From positions 1,088,001-1,152,000 of the forward strand of contig OY843592.1 of the NCBI GenBank assembly GCA_963692865.2: a stretch of 64,000 nucleotides of DNA. The letters are read 5' to 3'. Made by a program: the position numbers and the translations under genes. Below the pieces are notes generated by a model. The model had not been told where the DNA came from. It did not search any database and was given only the letters and a program-made list of their open reading frames with translations. Every line of letters starts with the position of its first letter. Position 1 is the first letter of the stretch. This document shows, piece after piece, positions 38,259-48,853 of this stretch. Source of the stretch: a bacterium (GTDB lineage Bacteria; UBA8248).

Positions 38259-39428
38259 TTACCATTTGCTCGATTCCGACGTCTTGACGTGGTCGGGCAT
38301 CCGGTAGCTGATCCCGCCCTCGTCGTACACCGAAATCTTGAGAAGCTGCGAGAAATTCTGGGACTTGACGATTTGTTTGTTGTGCAGGAATCGCAGAAGG
38401 CGTTGTTTCACCCGGAAGCTGCGCAGGGTCAGCATCGTGGACAGGCGGGAGAGCTTCGGATACCCGAACTGACCCGCGAGTTCCTTTCCTATCAAAGCCG
38501 TGGAAAGGCGGTAGGCCAGATCCGTCAAACCTTCCTGTTCTTTCGGGTCCGTAACCCCCGCAACCGGCGCAATGGCGTTGATCAGCGCGTTCGCCATGGT
38601 TATCGAATCTTCGCCGGGAGGCGGTTCGCACATATAGGCGATCTCGTGCTTTCTCTCCGCGTCCGCCCCGTCGGTATAGAGGATGGTTTCGGGGATTCCC
38701 ATGAGGTAGCCCGCGTAGCGCCAGACCGCGAGGACGCTCTCTTGTTCCTCGATACTGAAGCTCGTGCCCACGAGTTTCGAGTATCTGAGCAGTTGCATCG
38801 AGAAGATGGAGATGGCCAAGCCCATGTTCGCCGCGCTCAGCGGCACGCCCCAGGTATCAAAGTCCCAATCGCCTGATTTCGCCAGCAGGTTCCTGATGCG
38901 CGCATGCACGAACCGGACGCGCATGGAGAGCTTCCAGCCGTCCCCGTCTCTCCTGAGACCTTCGGGGTAGAATATCTCCATCAACTGGCGGTTGTTCTGC
39001 ATGAGGCGCCTAGAGGTCGCCGCCACCCGCCCGGTCGTGTTGAAGGACTTGGCGATGAGCGTCGAAAAGCCCTCCACCAGCACCCCCGTCACGAAAGCGA
39101 CGAGCATGAGGTCGACGTTGATGTTGAAACAGCGAACCCCCGGCTTGAAGGCTTCATGATCCAGCCAGGAAGGCTCCCGGAAGTTTTCGAAAAAATCGCG
39201 CAGAGACTGCGGCGCATCGCGCAGAACGCCGAAATGCCCCTCTATGCCGGCCTCGATGAACGCGTGCAGGTCGTAGGCGGGCAGGGAGGACATTTCTTCC
39301 ATGATCGGGTCCAGAACCGGATCGCCGATGGTGGTGTGCCGGACGTAGAGGTCCGCAAGCGCCTGCTCGTGGAGACGCGCTTTTTGCTCGTAGCCTTCAA
39401 CGTATGCGGATGGTATTTCCATCGCCAT
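38259..39428 (-). CDS. MpaB/Lcp-like (DUF2236) oxygenase-family protein
   Basis: TTGR..RRL, RVRFVHARIR, WGVPLS and WRYAGYLMGIP motifs; start MAMEIP inferred from GAGGG. Confidence 0.8.
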   Translation of the reverse strand: MAMEIPSAYVEGYEQKARLHEQALADLYVRHTTIGDPVLDPIMEEMSSLPAYDLHAFIEAGIEGHFGVLRDAPQSLRDFFENFREPSWLDHEAFKPGVRCFNINVDLMLVAFVTGVLVEGFSTLIAKSFNTTGRVAATSRRLMQNNRQLMEIFYPEGLRRDGDGWKLSMRVRFVHARIRNLLAKSGDWDFDTWGVPLSAANMGLAISIFSMQLLRYSKLVGTSFSIEEQESVLAVWRYAGYLMGIPETILYTDGADAERKHEIAYMCEPPPGEDSITMANALINAIAPVAGVTDPKEQEGLTDLAYRLSTALIGKELAGQFGYPKLSRLSTMLTLRSFRVKQRLLRFLHNKQIVKSQNFSQLLKISVYDEGGISYRMPDHVKTSESSKW

Positions 39429-39662
39429 CAGGTTCCCTCGTAAACCCATTCAGCGGGTCCACGAAAATCTGGTGAAACGAAGACTGAAGAGCGCCGTAGA
39501 AGCCAGTTTCGTTTACTTATTGGGTCCCACGAAAACAAGGCGATAAGTAAACTTTTGCAAAGCTATTAAAGTATCCTCTTGAATGCTCATTCGCAACTAT
39601 TTGTTTCATTTTCCCTTGTGATTTCTTTGTAGTTTCTTGAATATACTTTCAATTCCGCTCAC

Positions 39663-39731
39663 TGCGCAAGGGATATTTCAGCCGATCCCCGGATGGTTTC
39701 TTCCGACTTCCTCGTTTATACACAATCCCGG
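39663..39731 (-). pseudogene. Degenerate duplicate of the 3' end of the livF-like gene
   Basis: 50 of 64 nt identical to 42299-42362; translates LCINEEVGRNHPGIG* versus LWANEEVRKTHLGIG*. Confidence 0.75.
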
Positions 39732-39789
39732 ATGAAAATTTACTCGCGCCCTTGATCCCTTTGCTCTAAGGGTGAACTGAGCCGGCGCA

Positions 39790-42078
39790 TCATTCCTTCC
39801 GGTCGATGGCCATCAGCAGGGTCGGCAGCAGCAGGAAATCGGCGAGAAGCGCGAAGACGAGCGTAATCGCCACCATCAGGCCGAGCGCCCAGCTGATTTC
39901 GAAGCCCGAGGACGCGAACACCAGGAAGCTCAGCGACAGGACAGCCGTCGTCGTCCATAGCGCCTGGCCTACGATTCGAAAGGCGGCGCGCACGGCCTCG
40001 GGCGCGGAGAGGCCCATGCGGCGGGCCTTGAGGTATCGGCTCATGAAATGAATCGTGTCGTCCACGATGATTCCGAACGCGATGGCGGTCATCACGGAGC
40101 CTGCGAGGCCCACCTGGCCGACCAGATAGCCCCACAGGCCGAAGGTCATGGCGGCGGGGATGAAGTTGGGCACGAGGCTGAGCAGACCGAGGCGGACGCT
40201 CTTGAAAACCAGGATGAGGAGGAAAGAGATGAGCAGCATGGCGATGATCGTGCCGCGCAGCATGCCGTGGATGTTCCTGAGCGACAGGTGCGCGAAGATC
40301 ATGGTGATGCCCGACGCCTCGACGGCGAATTCGGGTATGTTGGCGCGCAGCCAAGCCTGGGCGCGCTCGTCGAGAGCACGCTGGTCCCGGGAGGAGCGGT
40401 TGCGGGCCACGACGCTCATTCTCGTCGTGGATTTGGCGACGTCGATGCGGTTGTTGAGGTCCATGCCGAAGGGGAGCGAGAACTCGTAGAGCAGCAGGTA
40501 TTGCGCGGCGAGTTTCGGATTCTCGGGCAGGCGGTGGAAGGCCGGGTCGTCGCCGTGCATGTTCTTGTTCAGGCGCTTCATGACGTCCGAGAAGGCCTGG
40601 ACGTGGCTCACTTCGGGCTGCTGTCGATACCATTCGGCGAAGGCCGCGACTTTCTTGAGATAGGCGGGATCGGTGATGCCGCCTTCGCGTCCCGCGCTCA
40701 GCGCGTATTCCAGGAAATTCAGGCTGGTCAGGTTCCGGGAGATGAAATCCGCGTCGCGCCGGAACCGGTAGCGCTCGTCGAAGTAGTGCACCCATCTGTC
40801 GGTCAGTTCGTTGCGCGGAATGCCGGTGATGAGAAGGAGCGTCAGGCCGGCGACGAACCAGAGCAGAGACGCGCGGCGTTCGACGACGAAGGCTCCGAAG
40901 CGCTCGAAGAAGGGGGATTTGCCGGAGGGAATCCGGCGCGCGCGCAGCGGGAGGATCGAAAGCAGCGCGGGCAGCAGGGTCATCGAGTAGACGAAGGCGC
41001 AAACCACGCCGAGCGCCACGAGATTGCCCAGGACGTGAAAGGGCGGCGAATCCGAATAGTTCAGGCTCAGGAATCCGACGGCGGTCGTGATCGAGGTCAG
41101 GAACACCGGCCAGGCGTTGCTGCGAAGCGATTCCGCAACCGCCGTGTTCTTGCTCCGTCCGTGGCCCATGCTCAGCAGAGTGGTCGTGATGATGTGGACC
41201 GAGTGCGCGACGCAAGTCGCCATGATGATCGTGGGCACGCCGGCGTTGGCGGGGCTGAACACCGCCCCGAACCAGCTCGCGATTCCCAGGGTGCTCGCGA
41301 CGACGAACCCGATCACGACGATAATGGCCGCCGTGCCGAGGAGCGAGCGCAGCAGAAGGGTAGTGGTGCCGATGATCATGAGAAACACGAGTGGCCCCAG
41401 GGTGACGAGATCATTGAAAGTCGCCTCGGCCAGGGTGCGGTTCATGATCACGTCGCCGCTCAGGTAGTAGGCGACGTCCGGGTGTCTCGCGCGGGCTTTC
41501 TCCAGGAGGGCGTTCAGATAGTCGTTTATCGCTATCACCGCGGCGTCCATGCTGTCGGGCAGGACGAAGGTGATCGCCAGCCCGGCCACGTGCCCTTCCC
41601 GGGAGACGAGGCGACCGGGCAGATCGGCCGACTCAAGCGCCGTTTTCCTGATTCGCGCGAGGTCCGTATTCGTAAGGGAGCGCGCGTCCTCGACGAGGGG
41701 CTCGACGATCAGGTCATCCCCCTCCGCGCGGCTGTGAGTGTAATTCGTGAGGGAGTCGACCCGGCTCGAATGGGGCGCCTTCCACGCGGCTTCCGTCAAC
41801 TCCTCGACGGCGCCGAGCGCCTCGCGGGTGAAAACCGAACCCCCTCGCGGCGCGATGGCGATGAACGCCGTGTTGGACGTGGAAAACGTGTTCTCGAGCG
41901 CCTTGAAAGCGATGAACTGTGGATTGTCTTCGCCGAACATGATGCGGAAGTCGTTCGTGACGGCGATGAAGCGCAAACCCGCTCCCGCGAGCAGCGCGAT
42001 CAGCGCGGCGACCGCGACCACCGGCCACCGATGGCGAAGAATAGCCTCTATGTAACGGTCCAGCAGTACGGAAGTCAT
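39790..42078 (-). CDS. MMPL/RND-family transporter (copy 2)
   Basis: Colinear paralogue of 35908-38187; start at MTSVLLDRY inferred by alignment to copy 1. Confidence 0.9.
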   Translation of the reverse strand: MTSVLLDRYIEAILRHRWPVVAVAALIALLAGAGLRFIAVTNDFRIMFGEDNPQFIAFKALENTFSTSNTAFIAIAPRGGSVFTREALGAVEELTEAAWKAPHSSRVDSLTNYTHSRAEGDDLIVEPLVEDARSLTNTDLARIRKTALESADLPGRLVSREGHVAGLAITFVLPDSMDAAVIAINDYLNALLEKARARHPDVAYYLSGDVIMNRTLAEATFNDLVTLGPLVFLMIIGTTTLLLRSLLGTAAIIVVIGFVVASTLGIASWFGAVFSPANAGVPTIIMATCVAHSVHIITTTLLSMGHGRSKNTAVAESLRSNAWPVFLTSITTAVGFLSLNYSDSPPFHVLGNLVALGVVCAFVYSMTLLPALLSILPLRARRIPSGKSPFFERFGAFVVERRASLLWFVAGLTLLLITGIPRNELTDRWVHYFDERYRFRRDADFISRNLTSLNFLEYALSAGREGGITDPAYLKKVAAFAEWYRQQPEVSHVQAFSDVMKRLNKNMHGDDPAFHRLPENPKLAAQYLLLYEFSLPFGMDLNNRIDVAKSTTRMSVVARNRSSRDQRALDERAQAWLRANIPEFAVEASGITMIFAHLSLRNIHGMLRGTIIAMLLISFLLILVFKSVRLGLLSLVPNFIPAAMTFGLWGYLVGQVGLAGSVMTAIAFGIIVDDTIHFMSRYLKARRMGLSAPEAVRAAFRIVGQALWTTTAVLSLSFLVFASSGFEISWALGLMVAITLVFALLADFLLLPTLLMAIDRKE

Positions 42079-42313
42079 CGCCTTGGCGTCATGGTCGGGT
42101 GTGGCGGTGGGTTCGTCATTTCTGGCCCCCGGCGCTATCGTCAAACCGGGTTTTCTTCGGGTGATGGGGAGAGGCGCGCCAGGGTCCGATCTCATCTCCT
42201 TAAATGAAACCCGGGAAACATCCTCTCTGAAACGTCTCTCCACTCGCAGTTTCACTTTCCATTACTGCTATTCGAAGAATACTATGAATGGATTCTGTTG
42301 CGCGAGGGATTTT

Positions 42314-43024
<711 letters not shown>

Positions 43025-43025
43025 G

Positions 43026-43781
43026 TCACTCCGCCTTTCCGAGATAGATTTCCTGCACCCTGGGGTCGTTGCGGATGTCGTTACTTGGTCCTTCGGCGAG
43101 AACCTCGCCGTAGTGCAGGACGCTGATGTGGGAGACGACCTCGAATATGACGTCCAGGTCGTGCTCGATGAGGAGGATGGCGATTCCGGGGTCGAGAGAT
43201 TTCAGGAAATTGGCCATCTCGCGGGATTCGCCCGTGGCCAGGCCGGCGGAAGGCTCGTCCAAAAGCAATACCTTCGGGTCGCTCGCCAGGGCCAGGACGA
43301 TTTCGAGCTGGCGCTGCTCCCCGTGAGAGAGGTTGCGGACCTCCTGATCCCGCAAATGCCAGAAGTTCACGTCGCTGAGCAGCTTTTCGGCCTTGTCGTA
43401 CACGTCCTTGTACTTGGAAAGGGGCTTGAACATCACCATCTTCATCTTCCGAAGGCCCTGCGCGGCGAGCAGGACGTTTTCGAGTACGGTGAGCTTGGGA
43501 AACAGGCTGGTGATCTGGAAAGTGCGCGCCATCCCCAAAGCCACGCGCTTGTGGGTGGGCCATCCCGAGACGTCCTGTCCGAAGAGGCGGATGCGGCCCG
43601 AGGTGAGCGGAAGCACGCCCGTTATCAGGTGAAAGAGCGTGGTCTTCCCCGCTCCGTTCGGCCCCAGGATTCCCCGCCGCTCGCCGAGGTTCAGGCGCAG
43701 GTTCACGTCCTCGACGGCGTGAAGGCCGCCGAAGTGCTTCGTGACGCTCTCAAGCTCCAGTCCTGGTTGCCCGTTCGCCAA
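43026..43781 (-). CDS. Branched-chain-type ABC ATPase (LivG-like)
   Basis: GPNGAGKT, RTFQ, LSHGEQ and IEHD motifs. Confidence 0.92.
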   Translation of the reverse strand: MANGQPGLELESVTKHFGGLHAVEDVNLRLNLGERRGILGPNGAGKTTLFHLITGVLPLTSGRIRLFGQDVSGWPTHKRVALGMARTFQITSLFPKLTVLENVLLAAQGLRKMKMVMFKPLSKYKDVYDKAEKLLSDVNFWHLRDQEVRNLSHGEQRQLEIVLALASDPKVLLLDEPSAGLATGESREMANFLKSLDPGIAILLIEHDLDVIFEVVSHISVLHYGEVLAEGPSNDIRNDPRVQEIYLGKAE

Positions 43782-43818
43782 AACGTAACTGCTCCTTCGA
43801 AAAGTCTGCCGGCGCGAA

Positions 43819-43852
43819 TCCGCCGCCCGGGCAGTATGACCCGGGCGGCGGA
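43819..43852. terminator. Intra-operon 13-bp hairpin downstream of the binding-protein gene
   Basis: TCCGCCGCCCGGG-CAGTATGA-CCCGGGCGGCGGA; probably stabilises the mRNA or attenuates transcription. Confidence 0.6.
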
Positions 43853-43863
43853 GAAATTCGCCC

Positions 43864-45117
43864 TTACTTACAATGCGGGCACGGCGGGAACTTCTTGCTG
43901 TACACGGGGTCTTTCAGGAAATCCTTGTCCGACCACTTCCAGAACTGCCCCACGGCGGGGTAGGTTTTGATCACCATGTTCCAGAGCGAGTTCGACTTCA
44001 CGCCCAGGCCCAGACGATCGCCCTTCACGCGGGTCACCCGGCGGATATAGCTGTTCTGCACGGGATTTCCGTAAGCATCCAGATACACCGGCCCTCTGAT
44101 GGCGTCGATGCGGATGGCCTTGAACGCCTTGAGGAACGCATCTTTGTTGTCCGGCTTGTAGCCGATCTTCTTGAGCGCGAGGTCTACCCACTGGCCCGTG
44201 GTGTAGCAGGTCTCCGAATAGTAGGAGGCCATCTTCCCGTAGCGCTGCTGGTATTCCTTCACGAACGCCTTGTTCTTGTCCGTCGTGAGAGCGGCGCTGT
44301 ACTGCGCAGCCGTCACGTAGCCGAGCGTTTCATCGCCCATGCTGGGGAGGATGAACTCGTCCGCGCTCGTCACGCCGCCGAGCATCGGCATCTTGAAGCC
44401 CGCGGCCCGGAACTGTTTCGGGAAGGCCAGCGACATGGGGCCGACCATCAGGGTGAAGATGGCGTCGGCGTCCTTGGGTATCTGCGGCAGATAGGGGCCG
44501 AAGTCCTTCGTGCCGAGCTTCGCCCATATCTTCTTCACGATCTTGCCGCCGCGCGCCTCGAAGGCCTTGTGAAAGCCGCCCACTGTCTCGTAGCCGAACG
44601 CGTAGTCCGCGCCGATGGTGACCACGTTGCGGTAGCCCTGGTCGTAGGCCCACTCGCCGAGCGGATGGCTGTTCTGGCTGCTCGTGAAGCCGCTGCGCAG
44701 GAAGTATTTGAAGAGCTTGCGCTGGGTGAGGTCGTCCGCCGCCGGCACGGGTGAGATGTAGGGCGTCTTGAAGCGGTTGGCCACCGGCGCGAGCGCATAC
44801 CCGGTGCTGGCGAGCAGGCCGCCGATGAACATGTGCACCTTGTCGCGCTTGATGAGCTTGAGCGCCTTGCGCACGTTCACGGCCGGCTTGCCGGTCGAGT
44901 CCTCGAGGATGAACTTGACGTCCAGGGGACCCATCTTGTTCTTCGTGTGCGCCATGTACATCTTGAAGCCGTTGCTCATGTCCTTGCCGATCTGGGCGAA
45001 GATGCCCGTCATCGGCGCGATGAACCCGATGCGAACCTCGGCGGCCCGGGCGCTGCCGAATCCCGTGGAAACGGCGAGGCCGAGTACTGCGATGATGGTG
45101 ATGAGTTTTCGTTTCAT
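43864..45117 (-). CDS. Branched-chain-type (type 1) ABC substrate-binding protein
   Basis: Signal peptide MKRKLITII..AA, IGFIAPMTG and DYAFG motifs; GGAGG before ATG 45117 (the 990-aa track ORF is over-extended). Confidence 0.9.
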   Translation of the reverse strand: MKRKLITIIAVLGLAVSTGFGSARAAEVRIGFIAPMTGIFAQIGKDMSNGFKMYMAHTKNKMGPLDVKFILEDSTGKPAVNVRKALKLIKRDKVHMFIGGLLASTGYALAPVANRFKTPYISPVPAADDLTQRKLFKYFLRSGFTSSQNSHPLGEWAYDQGYRNVVTIGADYAFGYETVGGFHKAFEARGGKIVKKIWAKLGTKDFGPYLPQIPKDADAIFTLMVGPMSLAFPKQFRAAGFKMPMLGGVTSADEFILPSMGDETLGYVTAAQYSAALTTDKNKAFVKEYQQRYGKMASYYSETCYTTGQWVDLALKKIGYKPDNKDAFLKAFKAIRIDAIRGPVYLDAYGNPVQNSYIRRVTRVKGDRLGLGVKSNSLWNMVIKTYPAVGQFWKWSDKDFLKDPVYSKKFPPCPHCK

Positions 45118-45170
45118 CTTTTTTCCTCCCTCAATTCGTCTCGACGAAGAGACGCGGTGCCGCGCCGCCT

Positions 45171-46196
45171 TCAACCCTCCGGGGTTTCCGGCGGAGCGGC
45201 GGGTTTGCGGAACTTGCCGAACAATCCGAGTATGCCTTCGACGCCGTAGAGGCGTCCCAACATGATGGTGATGATGTAGATGGCGCCCAGAATCAGCGGC
45301 CAGCGCTCCACGTAGATGCTGATGAACTGCTGGAGGGAGCGGATGATGGCCGAGCCGATCACCGGGCCGACGAGCGTGGCGGGTCCGCCCAGCGCCACCA
45401 TGAAGAGCGCCTCGGCCGAGGTGATGAGTTCGATGTCGGGCGGACTCACGAAGAGGTTGAACAGCGTCCACATCACGCCGGCAACGCCGCTGAAAACGCC
45501 CGCGATGATGAACGCGAGGTATTTGTGGAGCCAGATGTTGTAGCCGAGCATTTGCATGCGCGCCTCGCGCTCCCGGATTCCGACCAGGGTTTTCCCGAAG
45601 GGGCTTCTCACGAACATGTACATGAGGCCCAGGCATATCAGGAACACCGCGAGCGTGAAGTAGAAGAACGGGATTTCCGACTCCAGCGATATGCCGAACA
45701 GGGACGGTCTCCCCAGCACGTTGATGCCGTTGTCCCCTTCCGTCACGGCGCTCCAGCGGTACGCCAGACCCCAGATGACCATCGCGAGCGAGAGGGTGAT
45801 CATCAGGAAATAGACGCCCACGGCGCGGATGGCCAGAAAACCGAAGAACGCGGCGAAGGCCAGGGCGACGACGAGCGCGAATATAAAGATGTAGAAAAGG
45901 CCCAGCCCCAGCGAGTCCGCCCACTGGAAGGCGGCGAAGGTCCACGTCCAGTCTTCTTTCGTCATGATGATGGCCGTGGTGTATGAGGCGACGCCGAAAT
46001 AGGCGGCGTGTCCCAGTGAGGCCAGTCCGGTGAATCCCAGCAGGAGGTCCAGACTCATGGCCAGGATGCCGAAGACGAGGATCTCCGTCACCAGGCTCTG
46101 CATGAAGAGGTCGAGAAACGGAGTGACGACGCCGAGAGCGACGAATACGCCGAGAACGACGAGCACCCTTCTTTTCTCCGCCAGGTTCTCCACCAC
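45171..46196 (-). CDS. Branched-chain-type ABC permease (LivM-like)
   Basis: SLGHAAYFG, GVYFLMITL, SPFG and LGG..GP motifs. Confidence 0.9.
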   Translation of the reverse strand: MVENLAEKRRVLVVLGVFVALGVVTPFLDLFMQSLVTEILVFGILAMSLDLLLGFTGLASLGHAAYFGVASYTTAIIMTKEDWTWTFAAFQWADSLGLGLFYIFIFALVVALAFAAFFGFLAIRAVGVYFLMITLSLAMVIWGLAYRWSAVTEGDNGINVLGRPSLFGISLESEIPFFYFTLAVFLICLGLMYMFVRSPFGKTLVGIREREARMQMLGYNIWLHKYLAFIIAGVFSGVAGVMWTLFNLFVSPPDIELITSAEALFMVALGGPATLVGPVIGSAIIRSLQQFISIYVERWPLILGAIYIITIMLGRLYGVEGILGLFGKFRKPAAPPETPEG

Positions 46197-46199
46197 GAC

Positions 46200-47297
46200 T
46201 CAACCCTTTCCGAACAGGCCGGTCGGCTTGATCGCCAGAATGATGGCCATGGGCGCGAAGAGCGCGAAATAGGAAAGCTCGGGAAACAGCGCGGTCCCGA
46301 AATTCTCGATGAAGCCGACCACGATGCTGCCGAGGACGGCGCCGCCCAGGCTGCCGAGGCCCCCGATGATCACCACGGCGAACGCGTAGGGGAGTATCTC
46401 GAAGTCGAGCCCCGGGTAGACGCCGAAGAACGCGCCGCCCACCACGCCGCCCGTGGCGGCGAGCAGCGCCCCGATGGCGAATATCGTCATTTGAACGACG
46501 TTGGTGTTGATGCCGATGCCGCGCGCCATCTCGGGGTCGTCCACCGCCGCGCGCATGATGGCGCCGAGGCGGGTGCGCTCTATCCCGAGGAACAGGGCCG
46601 CGGCCACCACGACGGCGATGACGATCATGAAGGCGCGGTACTGGGGCAGCGAGAGGCCCCAGACGACGGCGCTGAAGTTCAAGGGCCAGGGCTGTTTGAG
46701 CATGAAGTTGTCCCCGCCCCAGGTGTAGAGCGAGCCGTCTTGCAGGATGAACGCGAAGCCGATGGTCACCAGCACCTGGGAGAGCGTGTCCTGCCCGAGG
46801 CGGCGCAGGAAAAAGCGCTCGATGAACATCCCGCACAACGCCGCGATGGCCAGTGCGACGACGATGGCGGCCATCATGCCCGGGAAGTTAATCCTGTCGA
46901 CCGGTTTGACGGGCACGTGCGGGAAGAAGAGTTCGAAGAATCTGAAGCCCCATATCAGGCTGCACAAGGTTTCCAGTACGACGTAGGCGAGCAGGAGCGC
47001 AAGTGCTGCGTGTCTGGGAGCGACGCAGGCGTTAAGCCCCCGCCATGCGAAATAGAGCAGGGTCCACGAGACGAGCTGGATGATCCGGGGCATCAGGCTC
47101 AGGGAGCCGAAAATGATGTTGTAGAATTCGAGGGCGAGATAGCCTGCGAAGAGGAAAAAAGCGGCGTGCGCGAGGTTCACGATGCGCATCACGCCGAAGA
47201 TGAGCGAGAGTCCGCTGGCAAGAAGAAACAGAATCGCGGCGTAGGAGAGGGAGTTATAGCTGAGAACGAGAATGTTCGTGAAGCTCAGAGTGGTCAT
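46200..47297 (-). CDS. Branched-chain-type ABC permease (LivH-like) with an internal hydrophobic insertion
   Basis: GLSLIFGVMRIVNLAH, TRLG..MRA, IIGGLGS and KPTGLFG motifs. Confidence 0.88.
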   Translation of the reverse strand: MTTLSFTNILVLSYNSLSYAAILFLLASGLSLIFGVMRIVNLAHAAFFLFAGYLALEFYNIIFGSLSLMPRIIQLVSWTLLYFAWRGLNACVAPRHAALALLLAYVVLETLCSLIWGFRFFELFFPHVPVKPVDRINFPGMMAAIVVALAIAALCGMFIERFFLRRLGQDTLSQVLVTIGFAFILQDGSLYTWGGDNFMLKQPWPLNFSAVVWGLSLPQYRAFMIVIAVVVAAALFLGIERTRLGAIMRAAVDDPEMARGIGINTNVVQMTIFAIGALLAATGGVVGGAFFGVYPGLDFEILPYAFAVVIIGGLGSLGGAVLGSIVVGFIENFGTALFPELSYFALFAPMAIILAIKPTGLFGKG

Positions 47298-47593
47298 GCA
47301 AGTCTCTCTCTAGTCCGGGGACGGTACGCTTCAAAAACAAGTCCCCCGCTGCGCGTCACCGGGTCGTCAAGCCACACGGGAACCGAGATGAAATATGGTT
47401 CTGAATCGTTCATTATGTCCACGATTCAGGGTGTGGGTCAAGTTGACGGGATGTGGGGTTTTTCGCGCTCCCTCCTTTTCGCTGGTAAAAACTCACGCGG
47501 AAAGATAGAGTTCGCAATGTCGTGTTTTTCCATTTTGCGACTGTGGGCGATGCGCGTTTCGCTTCCGTTAGGGTGATGTTTCATTCCGGTTGA

Positions 47594-48853
47594 ATGGTCA
47601 TGTGCGCTGATATTCCCGAGGGTAGAATTTTCAGGAACGCCAGGATCGATTCGGGCGATGCGCTGGCGGATTTGCGCGTCGCCGGGGGCCGGTTTTCGGG
47701 AATATCGCCGGGGATCGAGAACGAGGCCGGCTGCGAGGAGGTCGATTTGGGCGGCCGCGCCGTGCTGCCGGCGTTCGTCGAGAGCCACATTCATCTGGAC
47801 AAGGCGTTTCTGGAAGAGCGCGAGCCCAATCTATCCGGCACGCTAGAAGACGCCATATCCATCACGCTTGCTCTGAAGAAAACCGTCACGGAACAAGACA
47901 TCATGGCGCGCGCCGAACGCGCGCTGCGCATGTGCATCCGGCACGGCGCCACGTGGTTCCGCGCGCAGGTGGAGGTCGACCCCATCGTCGGGTTGAAGGG
48001 AGTGGAAGTCGCCCTGGCGCTCAAGGAGAAGTACGCGAGTATAGCGGATTTTCAACTCGTCATTTTTCCCCAGGAAGGCATCGAGCAGCAGCCGGGAACG
48101 GAGGATTTGATGCGCGAGGCCATGCGGATGGGCGGGGACCTCGTGGGCGGAATCCCGTATAACGACCTGGACGCCGAGCGGCATCTGGACGTCGTTTTCG
48201 GGATGGCCGAGGCGTTCGGCTGCGGGCTGGACTTTCATCTCGATTTCGCGGACGACCCCCGGGTGAGGAATATCGAATCCGTGGCCGCCCGCACGATGGC
48301 CGCAGGCTTGCAGGGCCGGGTGGCCGTCGGCCATCTCACCTCCCTGGGCGCCATGCCAAGGGATGTGGCTGCGCCGGTCATCGAGAAGATTCTCGAGGCG
48401 GGCATCTCCGTCCTGCCCCTGCCGGCGACGGATCTGTTCCTGGGCGGCAGGGGGGAGGAGCCGCCTCGCTTCAGAAGCCTCGCGCCCGTCACGGACCTGC
48501 TGAGCGCGGGCGTCAACGTCGCCATTTCATCGAACAACATCCGCAACGCCTTCACGCCCTCGGGACGCGGCGATTTGCTCGAAATCGGCCTGCTCCTCGC
48601 CCATGCGCTCCACATGAGCGGCGCATCGGAGAGGAGCGTGGTGCCTAAGCTTTTCACGACCAACGGCGCGAAGGCGTTGGGGGTGGAGGAGGGCTACGGC
48701 CTGCGATCCGGCTGCGCGGCCGATTTCGTGGTCCTGGATTCTAAGAATTACGACGACGTTCTCATCGATCAGCCCGAGAAGCGGTTCGTGGTGAAGGGAG
48801 GACGCATCATCGTGGAGAACGTCGCGCAGACGATCTGGCCGGAGGCGGATTGA
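47594..48853 (+). CDS. Cytosine-deaminase-like metal-dependent amidohydrolase
   Basis: HIHLDKA, FPQEG, GGIP and VGH motifs; catalytic positions atypical. Confidence 0.82.
   Translation: MVMCADIPEGRIFRNARIDSGDALADLRVAGGRFSGISPGIENEAGCEEVDLGGRAVLPAFVESHIHLDKAFLEEREPNLSGTLEDAISITLALKKTVTEQDIMARAERALRMCIRHGATWFRAQVEVDPIVGLKGVEVALALKEKYASIADFQLVIFPQEGIEQQPGTEDLMREAMRMGGDLVGGIPYNDLDAERHLDVVFGMAEAFGCGLDFHLDFADDPRVRNIESVAARTMAAGLQGRVAVGHLTSLGAMPRDVAAPVIEKILEAGISVLPLPATDLFLGGRGEEPPRFRSLAPVTDLLSAGVNVAISSNNIRNAFTPSGRGDLLEIGLLLAHALHMSGASERSVVPKLFTTNGAKALGVEEGYGLRSGCAADFVVLDSKNYDDVLIDQPEKRFVVKGGRIIVENVAQTIWPEAD

Noticed and set aside
39648-39657. TTCAATTCCG match to the tRNA-Phe T arm as a possible att site
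   Set aside because: Only 10 bp, without the tRNA 3' end, and there is no integrase in the window.
43864-46836. 990-aa ORF as a fusion protein (likewise the extended starts of the ORFs ending at 55196, 42255 and 63919)
   Set aside because: The extensions overlap other genes or spacers; internal starts supported by ribosome-binding sites or paralogue alignment give normal-length proteins.
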